Below are positions 18,711-29,361 of a stretch of 64,000 nucleotides of DNA, piece after piece. The position numbers and the translations under genes are program-made. Location of the stretch: contig JAGIBN010000013.1 of assembly GCA_017744315.1 (NCBI GenBank), positions 27,095 through 91,094 of the forward strand. The letters are read 5' to 3'. Source of the stretch: Porphyrobacter sp. GTDB taxonomy: Bacteria; Pseudomonadota; Alphaproteobacteria; Sphingomonadales; Sphingomonadaceae. Every line of letters begins with the position of its first letter. Within the stretch, counting starts at the first letter, position 1. A model generated the notes under the pieces. It saw only the letters and a program-made list of their open reading frames with translations, had not been told where the DNA came from and did no database searches.

Positions 18711-19886
18711 ATGAACAACAGCTACGACGTAATCATCCTTGGCGCCGGCGCGGCCGGTCTGATGTGCGCGGGCCAGGCCGGCCAGCGAGGCCTTCGCGTG
18801 CTCGTGATCGAGCATTCCGACAAGCCGGGTAAGAAGATCCTGATCTCCGGCGGCGGACGGTGCAATTTCACCAATATCCACACGGCGCCGGAGCGTTTTC
18901 TCTCCGCCAACCCGCACTTCGCCAAGTCGGCGCTCAGCCGCTACACGCCGCAGGACTTCCTCGCGCTGGTCGAACGCTACGGCATCGCGTGGCATGAGAA
19001 GACCCTGGGCCAGCTCTTCTGCGATGGCTCCGCACGGCAGATCGTCGACCTCTTGCTAGACGAGTGCGCCACCGGAAATGTCGAGCTCTCGTGCGGCGAA
19101 ACCGTCCGGCAGGTCGAACATGACAACGGGCGCTTCACAGTCACGACCGACCGGCAGATCGCCGATGCGGGCGCACTGGTGATCGCTACTGGTGGGCCTT
19201 CGATCCCCAAGATCGGCGCAACGGCATACGCCTACGAGCTTGCGCGCCAGTTCGGGCTGAAGGTCGTCGAACCCCGCCCTGCCCTGGTCCCGCTGACCCT
19301 GAGCGGCGACGACGCGCTGTTCCGTGAGCTCTCGGGCGTGGCGACCGAAGTGATCGCCCGTTGCGGCTCGGCTTCGTTCCGGGAAGCTGCGCTGTTCACC
19401 CATCGCGGCCTCTCGGGACCCGCCATCCTGCAAGTCTCATCCTACTGGCGCCGCGGCAGCACAGTGGAGATCGATTTCCTGCCCAACGACGGCGCGGGAT
19501 GGCTGCTCGAGGCCAAGCGTCAAAACCCGCGCTCCACCTTGCGCAACGTCCTGCGAGCCAAGCTCCCCGACCGCCTCGCCGACGCCTTGAGCGACCGGCT
19601 GAAGCTCGAAGGTCCGCTCGCCAACATCACCGACGCGGCCCTGCAGACGGCTGAGAGCCAGCTCGGCAGTTGGCCCTTCAACCCCAACGGCAGTGAAGGC
19701 TTCGCCAAGGCCGAAGTGACCGCGGGAGGGATCAGCACTGCCGAACTTTCATCGAAGACGATGGAAGCCAAGCGCGTGTCCGGCCTCTATGTCATTGGAG
19801 AGGCGGTTGACGTCACGGGATGGCTTGGCGGCTACAATTTCCAGTGGGCCTGGGCCAGCGCCTGGGCTGCGGCGCAGGCCTTCTGA
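18711..19886 (+). CDS. HI0933/BaiN-like flavoprotein
   Basis: GAGAAG, GKKILISGGGRCNFTN, GWLGGYNFQWAWAS. Confidence 0.92.
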   Translation: MNNSYDVIILGAGAAGLMCAGQAGQRGLRVLVIEHSDKPGKKILISGGGRCNFTNIHTAPERFLSANPHFAKSALSRYTPQDFLALVERYGIAWHEKTLGQLFCDGSARQIVDLLLDECATGNVELSCGETVRQVEHDNGRFTVTTDRQIADAGALVIATGGPSIPKIGATAYAYELARQFGLKVVEPRPALVPLTLSGDDALFRELSGVATEVIARCGSASFREAALFTHRGLSGPAILQVSSYWRRGSTVEIDFLPNDGAGWLLEAKRQNPRSTLRNVLRAKLPDRLADALSDRLKLEGPLANITDAALQTAESQLGSWPFNPNGSEGFAKAEVTAGGISTAELSSKTMEAKRVSGLYVIGEAVDVTGWLGGYNFQWAWASAWAAAQAF

Positions 19887-19999
19887 GGGCGAAACGGCGA
19901 ACCGTTCCGGAGCCGCCGCAAGTCGTTAATTTCGTGCCCCATTCCTGCCACCATGCCTCAATAGCCATGGTCCGACAGGCAATGAGAAGGGTCAAAACC

Positions 20000-20173
20000 A
20001 TGCGATGGAAACGAAGTCTCGAGCATCTCGAGCGACGGATAGACCGGTACTACCGCCTCGCGGCCGCCGCCCAGCTTCCAGACATTCGCCAGCGCTACAT
20101 CGAACTGGCGCGCCGCTACCGCCTGCTCTGGGCGGAGGCATTCGCCCTTCGCGGCCTGCAACCTGCAATGTAG
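20000..20173 (+). CDS. Small basic hypothetical protein (57 aa)
   Basis: MRWKRSLEHLERRIDRYY...; purine-rich RBS upstream; fills the intergenic gap. Confidence 0.4.
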   Translation: MRWKRSLEHLERRIDRYYRLAAAAQLPDIRQRYIELARRYRLLWAEAFALRGLQPAM

Positions 20174-20223
20174 GGATGCCATCGGCTAAGGCACTGTATG
20201 ATCGAAGGAAAGGTTAGCAACAA

Positions 20224-21120
20224 GTGAGTTCAGAGAACGCGAGCACGTTGGACAGAGTAGGCACTTTCAAACTGGGAAGCCGTACGGTTAAGCGGCTGGG
20301 CTACGGCGCTATGCAACTTGCGGGCCCGGGCGTGTTCGGTCCGCCGAGGGACAAGGACGCCGCACGCAGCGTACTTCGCGAAGTGATCGCGGCGGGCATC
20401 GATCACATCGATACCAGCGACTACTACGGACCTCACGTCACCAACGAGCTCATTCACGAGGCGCTGTTTCCCTATCCGGATGACTTGACGATCGTGACCA
20501 AAATCGGCGCGCGCCGCGGTGACGGTGGGTCGTGGCTCCCTGCCTTCAGTGCCGACGATCTAGGGCGGGCCGTCGATGACAATTTGAGGCGATTGGAACT
20601 TGAGACCATCGAGGTAGTCAATTTCAGGGTCATGGGCGATCCGCACGGAGGACCGGCAGAAGGATCGATTGCGGAGCCACTAAAGGTTCTCGCAGGTCTC
20701 CAGCAGCAGGGATTGGTCCGCCATATCGGCATTAGCAACGCGACCCCGACTCAGGTTCGAGAAGCCCGCGATATCGCCGAAATCGTCTGCGTGCAGAACC
20801 AGTATAATCTCGCCCATCGGGGTGATGACGAATTGATCGATGCCCTGGCCGAAGACGGGATCGCCTACGTCCCCTTCTTTCCGTTGGGAGGCTTCAATCC
20901 GCTCCAGTCGGCTACGTTGTCGGAGGTCGCGAGAAAACAAGAAGCCACGCCGATGCAAGTCGCGCTCGCCTGGCTTCTCCAGAGGTCGCCGAACATCCTC
21001 CTGATCCCAGGAACCTCATCGCTGGCTCATCTGAACGAGAACCTAGCGGCGGCTTCGCTTGTCCTTTCGGACGAGGCAATCGCCGCCCTCGACAGCATTG
21101 CTGCTTCCGCCAGCGGTTAG
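20224..21120 (+). CDS. Aldo/keto reductase family oxidoreductase
   Basis: RLGYGAMQL, IDTSDYYG, IGISN, IPGTSS. Confidence 0.9.
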   Translation: MSSENASTLDRVGTFKLGSRTVKRLGYGAMQLAGPGVFGPPRDKDAARSVLREVIAAGIDHIDTSDYYGPHVTNELIHEALFPYPDDLTIVTKIGARRGDGGSWLPAFSADDLGRAVDDNLRRLELETIEVVNFRVMGDPHGGPAEGSIAEPLKVLAGLQQQGLVRHIGISNATPTQVREARDIAEIVCVQNQYNLAHRGDDELIDALAEDGIAYVPFFPLGGFNPLQSATLSEVARKQEATPMQVALAWLLQRSPNILLIPGTSSLAHLNENLAAASLVLSDEAIAALDSIAASASG

Positions 21121-21140
21121 AGACAAATGAAATAGGAAAT

Positions 21141-21191
21141 TGGCGCGCCCGGCAGGACTCGAACCTGCAACTCCAAGCTTAGAAGGCTCGT
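21141..21191 (-). repeat. att site: exact 51-bp copy of the 3' part of tRNA-Arg(TCT)
   Basis: TGGCGCGCCCGGCAGGACTCGAACCTGCAACTCCAAGCTTAGAAGGCTCGT is identical to 42320-42370. Confidence 0.95.
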
Positions 21192-21277
21192 CAGACCACT
21201 TCCGATCCGCTGGTTGCGAACAATTGCTAATGCGCCGCGACGGAGAGCGATCCCGCGCGAATGGTCGGCATCTTTCG

Positions 21278-23044
21278 TCAGACCGGCCAAACCAGGCCGA
21301 TCAAGGGTACGCCAAGGACGACAACCAGCAGGGACAATGGCAGCCCTAGCCGCCAATAGTCGCCAAAGCGGTAACCACCCGGCCCCATGACCAGCGTGTT
21401 GCACTGATGGCCGATCGGGGTGAGGAAATCACAAGCTGCACCTACCGCGACCGCCATAAGGAATGCATCGGGCCGATAACCCAATCCGGTCGCAAACTCC
21501 GCGGCGATGGGGGCCATGACAAGGACGGTCGCGGCGTTGTTGAGGAACGGGGTCAACGCCATTGCCGCAACAAGGATCAGTGCCAGGGCAGCCAGGGGTG
21601 GCAGACCGATCGCGGCGTGTGACAGGCCCTGGGCGATCAAGTCGGTGCCGCCGGTCTGCTGGATCGCTTCGCTGATCGGGATCAGCGCTGCAAGCATCAC
21701 CAGGATCGGCCAATCAATCGCGGCATAAGCCTCGCGCAGGGGCAAGGCTCCCACCATGACAGTTGCTGCTGCTGCCCCGAAAAACGCGAGCTGCACCGAG
21801 ACCAGGCCAAACGCGGTCAACGCCATTGCAACGGCCAGGATCAGCAAGGGCAGGATTGAGCGGCTCAGCTTGCCGAGCCTCACCTCGCGCTCGGCCAAGG
21901 GGAGGCAGCCCAGCTCCTGCAGCTTGGCAGGCAGGCGTGAGAGCACGCCTTGCAGCACGATGACATCGCCGGCCCGCAAGTTGATCCCGCGAAGTCGTTC
22001 GGTGAAGCGAACCCCGCTGCGGCTGACTGCGAGAAGATTGATATCGTGCCGGCGATGCAGTTCGAGCCGTCCGGCAGCCTCGCCGACGAGCACCGAACCG
22101 TGCGCAATCACCGCTTCGATCACGCCAACCTCTTCGCCGCGTTCAACCGCGAACGTGCGATCCTGCCCTTCCAGCTCAAGCGAGGCTTTGGCGATGATCC
22201 TTTCGAGGGCTTCAGGCGCGCCCTGAAGCAGAACGATATCGCCCGCCTTGAGGACGGTGTCGCAGCTCGCCTCCCGATCCTCGCCTTCACGGATAACCGC
22301 GGCGACCGAGACGCCCTCGGCCGCGTCGCCCAACTCCGCAATCGATTTGCCTTCGGCGGCCGAGCCGGAGACCACTCTGGCCTCGGTCAGATAGGCCTGT
22401 ATATCCAGCACCTCACCAAGCGCCGCGGCCGGCTTCTGACCGGTTGGCAGCAGGCGATAGCCGACCGCTAGGAAGGCCAGTCCGACTGCGGTCAGCGTGG
22501 CGCCAACGGGAAAATAGTCGAACATCCCAAAAGGCGTGCCGGTCATCTCCTCGCGCAGTCCGGACACGATCACGTTGGGGGAGGTGCCAACCAGTGTCAT
22601 CAGTCCGCCCAGGAGCGACGCGAACGCCATCGGCATGAGGTAGGAGGAAATCGGCGTCCCCGATCGGCGCGACATCTGGAACGCGATAGGCATCATGATC
22701 GCCAGCGCTCCGATGTTCTTCACGAAAGCGCTCATGGCGGCAACCGCGATGATCAACACCAACAACTGCGCGCGAAAGCCGGTAAGGCGGGGCGCCACCC
22801 GATTGACAGCGCGCTCGATCACGCCCGACCGGGCAACCGCTGCGCTTACAACCAGCGCGCTGCCAACGATAATTACGATGTCGTTGGAGAAACCACTGAA
22901 TGCTCGTTCGGCGGGGATCACGCCCACAAGCAGGCCGGCCATCAACCCGGTCACGGCTACCAAATCGTAGCGCCACCGGCCCCACACAAACAGGACCATC
23001 GTGCCCGCCAGAACGGCGAAGCTAAGGGCCTGGTCAAATGTCAT
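21278..23044 (-). CDS. SLC13/CitMHS-type permease with TrkA-C domains
   Basis: LGGLMTLVGTSPN, TPIGHQCNTLVMGPGGYRFGDYWRLG. Confidence 0.9.
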   Translation of the reverse strand: MTFDQALSFAVLAGTMVLFVWGRWRYDLVAVTGLMAGLLVGVIPAERAFSGFSNDIVIIVGSALVVSAAVARSGVIERAVNRVAPRLTGFRAQLLVLIIAVAAMSAFVKNIGALAIMMPIAFQMSRRSGTPISSYLMPMAFASLLGGLMTLVGTSPNVIVSGLREEMTGTPFGMFDYFPVGATLTAVGLAFLAVGYRLLPTGQKPAAALGEVLDIQAYLTEARVVSGSAAEGKSIAELGDAAEGVSVAAVIREGEDREASCDTVLKAGDIVLLQGAPEALERIIAKASLELEGQDRTFAVERGEEVGVIEAVIAHGSVLVGEAAGRLELHRRHDINLLAVSRSGVRFTERLRGINLRAGDVIVLQGVLSRLPAKLQELGCLPLAEREVRLGKLSRSILPLLILAVAMALTAFGLVSVQLAFFGAAAATVMVGALPLREAYAAIDWPILVMLAALIPISEAIQQTGGTDLIAQGLSHAAIGLPPLAALALILVAAMALTPFLNNAATVLVMAPIAAEFATGLGYRPDAFLMAVAVGAACDFLTPIGHQCNTLVMGPGGYRFGDYWRLGLPLSLLVVVLGVPLIGLVWPV

Positions 23045-23465
23045 CGGAGCCGCGATCCATCCGCGGCATCAACCCTCGCCTATCAAGAAAGCTCCCAACG
23101 GGGCGCTGCCTTGGCATCGCGTTGGCTCTGCAAGCGCTTTCCTCGCTGCTGAGCGCCAGTTCCAGCCGTTCGGCTTCGCGACCATGTCGGTCGAAGCGGA
23201 GAGGGCGAATTGCTGCTCGAAAGTCGCCGTTCCATGGGCTGCCCCCGGGGCCCGACATCCCTTTCGGTCATTCCGGCCCTTCAGGAGAAAAATCATTTGC
23301 TACCCATCCCTCGACGATCACCTTCCTCGGGCGACGCTGGGCGCAAGGTTGGCGCCGAGCGTGCGCTCAAGCAAGAGGAGCCAAATCGCTTTGCTTGACG
23401 AGCGAGGTAGATCCGTCGCGAAAGCCATTTAAGCACGCGCCCAAGCTCCTTCGGGAAGGAACCTC

Positions 23466-24359
23466 CTATTCAAGGGCCCCATCTGACCGCGCAAGAAACT
23501 GTTTGCGCATGCGATGACCATCTGCCGGGCGGCCGGTAAAAATCTCGAACGCACCCGCCGCCTGGAAAACGGCCATTCCTCCACCGTCGAGGATTGCGCA
23601 GCCAATTGCTTCTGCGTGCCGAAGGAGCTCGGTCTGGAGCGGGAAGTACACAATATCGGCAACCCACTGGCAGGGACGCAAGAGTTCCGTTGGGAAAGGC
23701 ACTCCTGGATGACCGGCCATGCCGATAGGAGTGGCGTTGATGATACCATCCGCCCGGGTGATGTCCGAAGCTATATCCCTCGCTACTTGGGCGCGTTCGA
23801 TACCAAAGGATTGCCGAAGTGCGTCGCAAAGGTGTTCAGCACGCGCCTCTTGCGGATCGTAAAGGACGATCTTGTTGGCGCCCATGGCAAGCATGGCGTG
23901 GGCCGTGGCGGCTCCAGCCCCGCCTGCGCCAGCTTGGAACACTACGTCCATCGCTGCCTCAGGGAGACCGCGACGAAAGCTCTCAGCAAAGCCCGTGACG
24001 TCGGTGTTGGAACCCAGTCTCTTGCCGTCGCGAAATGCGATCGTGTTAACCGCCCCGACCCGCGCGGCGCCTTCCGATAGCTCATCCAGCAAGGGGATGA
24101 CCGCCTGCTTGTAGGGATGGGTTACGTTGATGCCGGAGAACCCTGAGGCCTGAAGTGTCTCCAGGAATACCGGGAGGTCTTGCTCGTTCATGCCGAGGAC
24201 CGAAAAGTCGAACAGTCTATAGACAAGGTCCAAACCTTGGGCGTGGGCTTCATCTTCGTGCATTTGAGGAGAACGCGAGAGTTGAATGTCGCGCCCCAGC
24301 AGACCCGTCAGAAAGTGCTGGGACTGGCCGGGGTCAGATAACCGATTGAGCTCGTCCAA
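23466..24359 (-). CDS. aroE: Shikimate/quinate dehydrogenase
   Basis: SRSPQMH, NVTHPYK, GAVNT, NTD, GAGGAG, NATPIGM; TTG start with GGAG RBS. Confidence 0.9.
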   Translation of the reverse strand: MDELNRLSDPGQSQHFLTGLLGRDIQLSRSPQMHEDEAHAQGLDLVYRLFDFSVLGMNEQDLPVFLETLQASGFSGINVTHPYKQAVIPLLDELSEGAARVGAVNTIAFRDGKRLGSNTDVTGFAESFRRGLPEAAMDVVFQAGAGGAGAATAHAMLAMGANKIVLYDPQEARAEHLCDALRQSFGIERAQVARDIASDITRADGIINATPIGMAGHPGVPFPTELLRPCQWVADIVYFPLQTELLRHAEAIGCAILDGGGMAVFQAAGAFEIFTGRPADGHRMRKQFLARSDGALE

Positions 24360-24394
24360 TGATTTTCTCCGGGGCGAGGTTATGCCGAGGTGTA

Positions 24395-24427
24395 AGAGCG
24401 CTCAGCCTTTTTTTGGCCGAGCGCTCT
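24395..24427 (-). terminator. Stem-loop downstream of the TBDR gene (terminator or mRNA stabiliser)
   Basis: AGAGCGCTC...GAGCGCTCT inverted repeat. Confidence 0.4.
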
Positions 24428-24434
24428 CCCCCCA

Positions 24435-27434
24435 TCAGAAGCCGAAGCGAACGCCGACGTAAAACGAACGGCCTATCGCATCGTACAGCGCGGTATCGGT
24501 GCCGTTCTGCGAGCTGGCGACGAACGGAAGGTTCTTGTCGAACAGGTTGTTTATGCCTGCTCGCAGCTCGAATTCTTCTTCGATCCGGACCGAACCAAAC
24601 AGGTCGAACAGTTGGTACGACGGGACCCCGACCTGCGCATTTGCGGGTGTGAGGACCGAACTCACGTCATCCATCTTGCTTTGGTACCGCCAGCGCAGAC
24701 CCAATCCGTATCTGTCCGAACGATATGCAAGGGTGGTAAGCGCCTTCCACACCGGGGTCGCGCGCGGCGGCACCGAACTCGTTCCGGCGCCACCGACACT
24801 TATGCCGGTATAATCGACGGCCGGCGCTCCAGGGAGTTGCTGGATTTCGTAGTTGTTCAACCAGCCGATCGCGGAATCCAGGCTGATCCTGTCACTTTCA
24901 TTGAACAATCCCAGAGGGATGTTCCACGATATCTGCGCCTCGATGCCATCGGTCTTGAGCCGGCCCAGGTTCTGGTAGGGCGTCGCCACGTTCAAGAGCT
25001 GGCCGCTCAGTTGATCCCGGGTGATCAGCGCGCAGAACTCGTTCGAATTGGAATAGGTCGGATTGGAGCCATCCAGGTTGAAGCAGCTGGAAAGCACCGT
25101 CAGGCCGGGCACGGTGGAGATAACGTCGTTGATGGTGATGTTGAAATAGTCGACCGACAGGGAAATGTCGGCAAACAGGCCGCTGCTCAACGGAGAATCC
25201 AGCACGAAGCCGAAGTTGAAGGTATTGGCCCGCTCAGGTGAAAGCGCGGTGCTGCCCGATATCACCTGACCTGTCGCTGTAGTCGGGAACTGGTAAGTGC
25301 CGATTGCCGCTGCGGGTACGCCTTGGACCACGCAGAGCGCTGCCACCTGAGCGCCATTGGCCCCCGTCCTCGCCGTGGAGCGTACGTCGCAGGGATCACC
25401 CAGCGCTCCTGGCGGTGTACCGATGACCAGCTGCGCGCCCTGCGGCGGTGAGAACAGTTCCCCGATGTTCGGGGCGCGAACTGCTCGCTGATAGCTGCCA
25501 CGGAACAGGAGCGCATCGAAAGGCCGCCACCGAGCATCAAACTCATAGCTGGTGACCGAGCCGGTGACCGAATAGTCCGAGATGCGCGCCGCGCCACCTA
25601 CGGCAAGCTCTTCGGCGAACGTCACGTCGGCGAGCAAGGGGACGTCGATCTGGACCGCCGCTTCCTTGACGTTGATGCCGACATGCGGAACCGGAAGCGT
25701 GTTTACCACGCCCTCGATGTTGCCTCCCGGATTGCTTGGAACAATCAGATTGAAAGCGTTCGGGGAAACGAGGTCTGCGTCAGGTGAGAACTGGTAGGTA
25801 TTCTTCCGGTAAGCGGCGAGAAACGCGACCTGCACCGGGCCCGCGCCAAGATCGAAGATCTCGCCGTTGATCTGACCCTGAACCTGGGTCTGCGACAGAT
25901 CCTCCACGCTGCGCGCGTCCTTGGTGATGAAGCTGACGCAAGCATCAGACAGAGACCGGGCATTCGCGTCACCGAAGGGATTGAACCCGCCCGCGCAAAG
26001 CGATGCTCCCCCGTCCGGTGCATTGAGGAGCCGATAAACCTGCGACTTCAGCACTGCGTTGTGCATCGTCTGATTGTGCTGAGACTCGTCGTACGAGGCA
26101 AAGGCATCAAATGACCAACCATCGGCGATATCGCCTCGCAGACCTGCGAGATACTGCGCCACGCGGTAGTTCTCGTCCCAGTTCTTGTCCGGCACGCCGA
26201 CGTAGCGCCCGTTCCAGGTGAAGGAGGCCGTTGGCTGCGGCCGCGAGGCCAGAACTGTCCGCAAATCAGCAGGAATGAAGGGATTGGTGACCGGGATAGT
26301 GGTCAAGGCCGGGAACTGCGTAAGACTGCCGCCGCTCTCGGTATTCACCGTCAGGTCGACGTACATGAACTGACCGTAGAGGTTCAGCGATGGCGTCAGA
26401 TCGTAGTCGCCCTTCACGAATGCGGTCTTCCGCTCGAGAGCGTTCTGGAACTGGATCTGTTGGCCGACCGGCATGCGGACGTTGCCGCCGATGACCATGT
26501 AGCCGTTCCCGTCCGTCGGTCCGCGATAGTTGACCGCTCCGGTCTGCACGAAAAGCGTCTGGTCGTCGTTGAAGCCCAGGTTGAGCAACGGATTACGTGC
26601 ACCGGTGATGCCGTATTGCGAAAAGACCGTCTGGAGGACTGCGGCGCTCGGAGCGTTGGTCGCGCTGGGGACAAAGGTGCCCGTGCCGATGAACGAAGAG
26701 GGCGTCTTGTCATGGAAGAACTCGCGCCGGCTACCGTCGACCGGATCCTGCTTGCTGTAGCTGAATGCCGTGATCAGGTGTCCGCGATTTTCCGCGAAGT
26801 CGGTGCCGAAAGCGAGCGCTCCATTGAACTTGAAAGCATCCCCTCGCTCACTGATCGAGGAGAGGGCATCTACTCGGAAGCCGTCGAGTTGTTGAAGCGT
26901 TTTGAAGTTGACCACGCCGGACATGGCGTCCGAACCGTAGATCGCCGATGCGCCGCCAGTGATCACGTCGACACCGCCGATGATCACTTCCGGCAGAATA
27001 TTGATATCGACATTACCGGCGATGTCGGAGACCGGCAGCCTGCGGCCGTCGAGCAGCACGAGATTTCGGTTCGTGCCAAGTCCATGGAGGTTGATCGAGG
27101 CTCGACCTCCGGTTCCCTGACCGCCGGTAGCGGCGTTGCCACCGACGGTGAAGCTCGGGACCTGGTTGAGCGCGTCCTGCAGCGTCGCCGTACCAGCTTC
27201 GCGGATGTCTTCTTGTCCGACCGTGATGATCGGGCTCACCGAGGTGTTGTTCGGACGTTGGATTAGCGATCCCGTGACGACGATAACGCCCCCATCTCTG
27301 GTTTCCTGCTCATCAGCTGTCGGAGTGCTCGGAGCATCGGCTTGCTGGGCCAACGCGGGCGCCGCCGACGTCGCGAGCGCGAGAACTGCGAGCGAGCTCC
27401 CTATCCGCATTCTGCTGAAATTGTTCCTGCTCAT
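24435..27434 (-). CDS. TonB-dependent receptor (999 aa)
   Basis: Signal peptide, IVVTGSLIQR TonB box region, GGASAIYGSDAMSGVVNF, C-terminal FGF. Confidence 0.95.
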   Translation of the reverse strand: MSRNNFSRMRIGSSLAVLALATSAAPALAQQADAPSTPTADEQETRDGGVIVVTGSLIQRPNNTSVSPIITVGQEDIREAGTATLQDALNQVPSFTVGGNAATGGQGTGGRASINLHGLGTNRNLVLLDGRRLPVSDIAGNVDINILPEVIIGGVDVITGGASAIYGSDAMSGVVNFKTLQQLDGFRVDALSSISERGDAFKFNGALAFGTDFAENRGHLITAFSYSKQDPVDGSRREFFHDKTPSSFIGTGTFVPSATNAPSAAVLQTVFSQYGITGARNPLLNLGFNDDQTLFVQTGAVNYRGPTDGNGYMVIGGNVRMPVGQQIQFQNALERKTAFVKGDYDLTPSLNLYGQFMYVDLTVNTESGGSLTQFPALTTIPVTNPFIPADLRTVLASRPQPTASFTWNGRYVGVPDKNWDENYRVAQYLAGLRGDIADGWSFDAFASYDESQHNQTMHNAVLKSQVYRLLNAPDGGASLCAGGFNPFGDANARSLSDACVSFITKDARSVEDLSQTQVQGQINGEIFDLGAGPVQVAFLAAYRKNTYQFSPDADLVSPNAFNLIVPSNPGGNIEGVVNTLPVPHVGINVKEAAVQIDVPLLADVTFAEELAVGGAARISDYSVTGSVTSYEFDARWRPFDALLFRGSYQRAVRAPNIGELFSPPQGAQLVIGTPPGALGDPCDVRSTARTGANGAQVAALCVVQGVPAAAIGTYQFPTTATGQVISGSTALSPERANTFNFGFVLDSPLSSGLFADISLSVDYFNITINDVISTVPGLTVLSSCFNLDGSNPTYSNSNEFCALITRDQLSGQLLNVATPYQNLGRLKTDGIEAQISWNIPLGLFNESDRISLDSAIGWLNNYEIQQLPGAPAVDYTGISVGGAGTSSVPPRATPVWKALTTLAYRSDRYGLGLRWRYQSKMDDVSSVLTPANAQVGVPSYQLFDLFGSVRIEEEFELRAGINNLFDKNLPFVASSQNGTDTALYDAIGRSFYVGVRFGF

Positions 27435-27490
27435 CCCATCTCTCCCCGTAGATAACGAACGATTTAGTTCATATTTGAATCAAAAAATAC

Positions 27491-28792
27491 TCATTCGAAT
27501 TCAATGCGTTTCACATCACCAATCACAAACACGTAAGAGGCCGCGCCGATCAGAGCGAGCACACCCACAAAGGCAAGCGCTCCGTAAAAGGACCCAGTCT
27601 GCCCAACGATGATGCCGATCACGATTGGCGTCACAATGCCCGCCAGATTGGCGCAAAGATTGAAGACTCCGCCGGTGAGCCCGATCAGCTGGCGAGGCGC
27701 CACGTCGGAAATCAAGGTCCAACCCAGATTGACCATGCCTTGGCCGAAAAAGGCGACCGACATGATGGCGATGACCACGACGTTGTCGTCCACGTAATTC
27801 GCAGCGATGATGGTGGAGGCCAGCAACAACCCAGCGACGATCGGCAACTTTCGCGCGATGTTCGCGGATGCCGTCCGGCGCAGAAGGACATCAGAGACAT
27901 AGCCACCGAGCAAAACACCCACCGAGGCGGCGATGTAGGGCAGCACCGCAAACACGCCCGACTTGATCCAATCCATGCCTCGCTCGGTCGCAAGGTAGGT
28001 CGGAAACCAAGTCAGGAAGAACACCAGTGTGGAGTTGCCGCAGAACTGCCCGATCGACGCTCCGAGGATCTGCCGTTGGCTCAGCAGTCGGCGAACATTG
28101 GACCAACTGAAGGGCTCGGAAGGGGCCGCAGTCGTGCTGGTAAGCCCGCCACCCGCTTTGATGTGGTCGAGCTCGGCTTGGTTGGCCCGGCGGCTCTGGT
28201 GAGGTTCCCGGTAAAGACCGTACATGGCCAGGCCGAACACGATGCCGATTCCACCGGCGATAAAGAAGAGAGACCGCCAGCCGTAAGCGCCTACGACCCA
28301 GAAAAGGACAGGACTGAAGAAGGCCAGGCCCGCGTATTGTCCCACTGCGAAGACTGAATTGGCTCTTGCCCGCTCGTCCTGCGGAAACCACGTGCTCAGG
28401 ATGCGGCTGTTACATGGAAAGCACGGCGCTTCTGCGACACCGAGAACCAGGCGGAATCCCAGCAGCATTGCTACATTCGAGGCGAGTCCGTGCAGGAACG
28501 TTGCCACCGACCACAGGATGAGCGAGGCGCCATAGGTGATCCGGGTGCCCAGCCTATCGAGCACGATGCCGCCAGGAATCTGCGCCGCGGCATATGTCCA
28601 GGAGAAGGCCGAGAAGATCAGCCCCATCACTTCCGGTGAAATGCTCAGCTCTTCGGTCATCGAAGGCGCCGCCACACCCATGACGGCGCGATCGAGATAG
28701 TTGAGCAAGGTCGCAAAACTGATCAACCCAAGGATGCCAAGGCGCGCTTTCGTGGCGCGCTCGGAGGCCTTTCCAGTCGAGGAGTACAGCAT
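27491..28792 (-). CDS. MFS transporter (anion:cation symporter family)
   Basis: NYLDR, AEAPCFP, WFPQDERA. Confidence 0.9.
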   Translation of the reverse strand: MLYSSTGKASERATKARLGILGLISFATLLNYLDRAVMGVAAPSMTEELSISPEVMGLIFSAFSWTYAAAQIPGGIVLDRLGTRITYGASLILWSVATFLHGLASNVAMLLGFRLVLGVAEAPCFPCNSRILSTWFPQDERARANSVFAVGQYAGLAFFSPVLFWVVGAYGWRSLFFIAGGIGIVFGLAMYGLYREPHQSRRANQAELDHIKAGGGLTSTTAAPSEPFSWSNVRRLLSQRQILGASIGQFCGNSTLVFFLTWFPTYLATERGMDWIKSGVFAVLPYIAASVGVLLGGYVSDVLLRRTASANIARKLPIVAGLLLASTIIAANYVDDNVVVIAIMSVAFFGQGMVNLGWTLISDVAPRQLIGLTGGVFNLCANLAGIVTPIVIGIIVGQTGSFYGALAFVGVLALIGAASYVFVIGDVKRIEFE

Positions 28793-28795
28793 TGC

Positions 28796-29248
28796 CTAGG
28801 CCGCCACGGCCAGCGACTGAGCGAGGTGCCGCACGGCAAGCGGGTAACCCTTCACGCCCAGGCCCGACACGATGCCCGTGACCACTTGCGTGAGGATCGA
28901 CTTCGAGCGCCACCCTGCCTCGCGACGATGGATGTTCGAAATGTGCACCTCGATTACTGAGCAGGTCAGCATCTTCAGGGCATCCAGTATTGCGTACCCT
29001 GCATAGGAAAAGGCTGCCGGATTGATGACCAAGCCACTGGCTTCGGTCCGAGCTTCGTGAAGCCAGCCGACCATCTCGTGTTCGGCATTGGTCTGCCGGA
29101 ATTCGAGCAACAACCCCGCCTCCTTAGCTTCCATCCGGCAGGCGTCTTCGATATCGGTTAGGGTCGCACGACCGTAGACCTCGGGCTCTCGCGCACCCAA
29201 AAGGTTCAGGTTCGGCCCATTCAGGACGTAAATCTTCTGCGCGGCCAT
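28796..29248 (-). CDS. aroQ: Type II 3-dehydroquinate dehydratase
   Basis: LNGPNLNLLGAREPEVYG, NPAA, EVHISNIHRRE. Confidence 0.95.
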   Translation of the reverse strand: MAAQKIYVLNGPNLNLLGAREPEVYGRATLTDIEDACRMEAKEAGLLLEFRQTNAEHEMVGWLHEARTEASGLVINPAAFSYAGYAILDALKMLTCSVIEVHISNIHRREAGWRSKSILTQVVTGIVSGLGVKGYPLAVRHLAQSLAVAA

Positions 29249-29345
29249 AAGAACGCCGGCCCTCTCCCTTAACCTTCGCGCTCACTGGCGCGAAGCTGTT
29301 GTCAGCGTGTGATATGGAACGTCAGTTTGTGCTGCAAGTGAAATT

Positions 29346-29361
29346 AACGAACTAGTTCGTT
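29346..29361. promoter_or_regulatory. Putative TetR operator, perfect palindrome
   Basis: AACGAACTAGTTCGTT upstream of aroQ; related sites at 27454-27469 and 35319-35338. Confidence 0.7.

Noticed and set aside
21140-21349. 69-aa ORF or second tRNA-Arg gene
   Set aside because: It is the att duplication; the 5' acceptor strand and D-arm are missing, and the ORF is translated tRNA antisense.
23045-23465. Possible integrase or IS remnant between the permease and aroE
   Set aside because: Short ORFs show no recombinase or transposase motifs and no terminal inverted repeats were seen.
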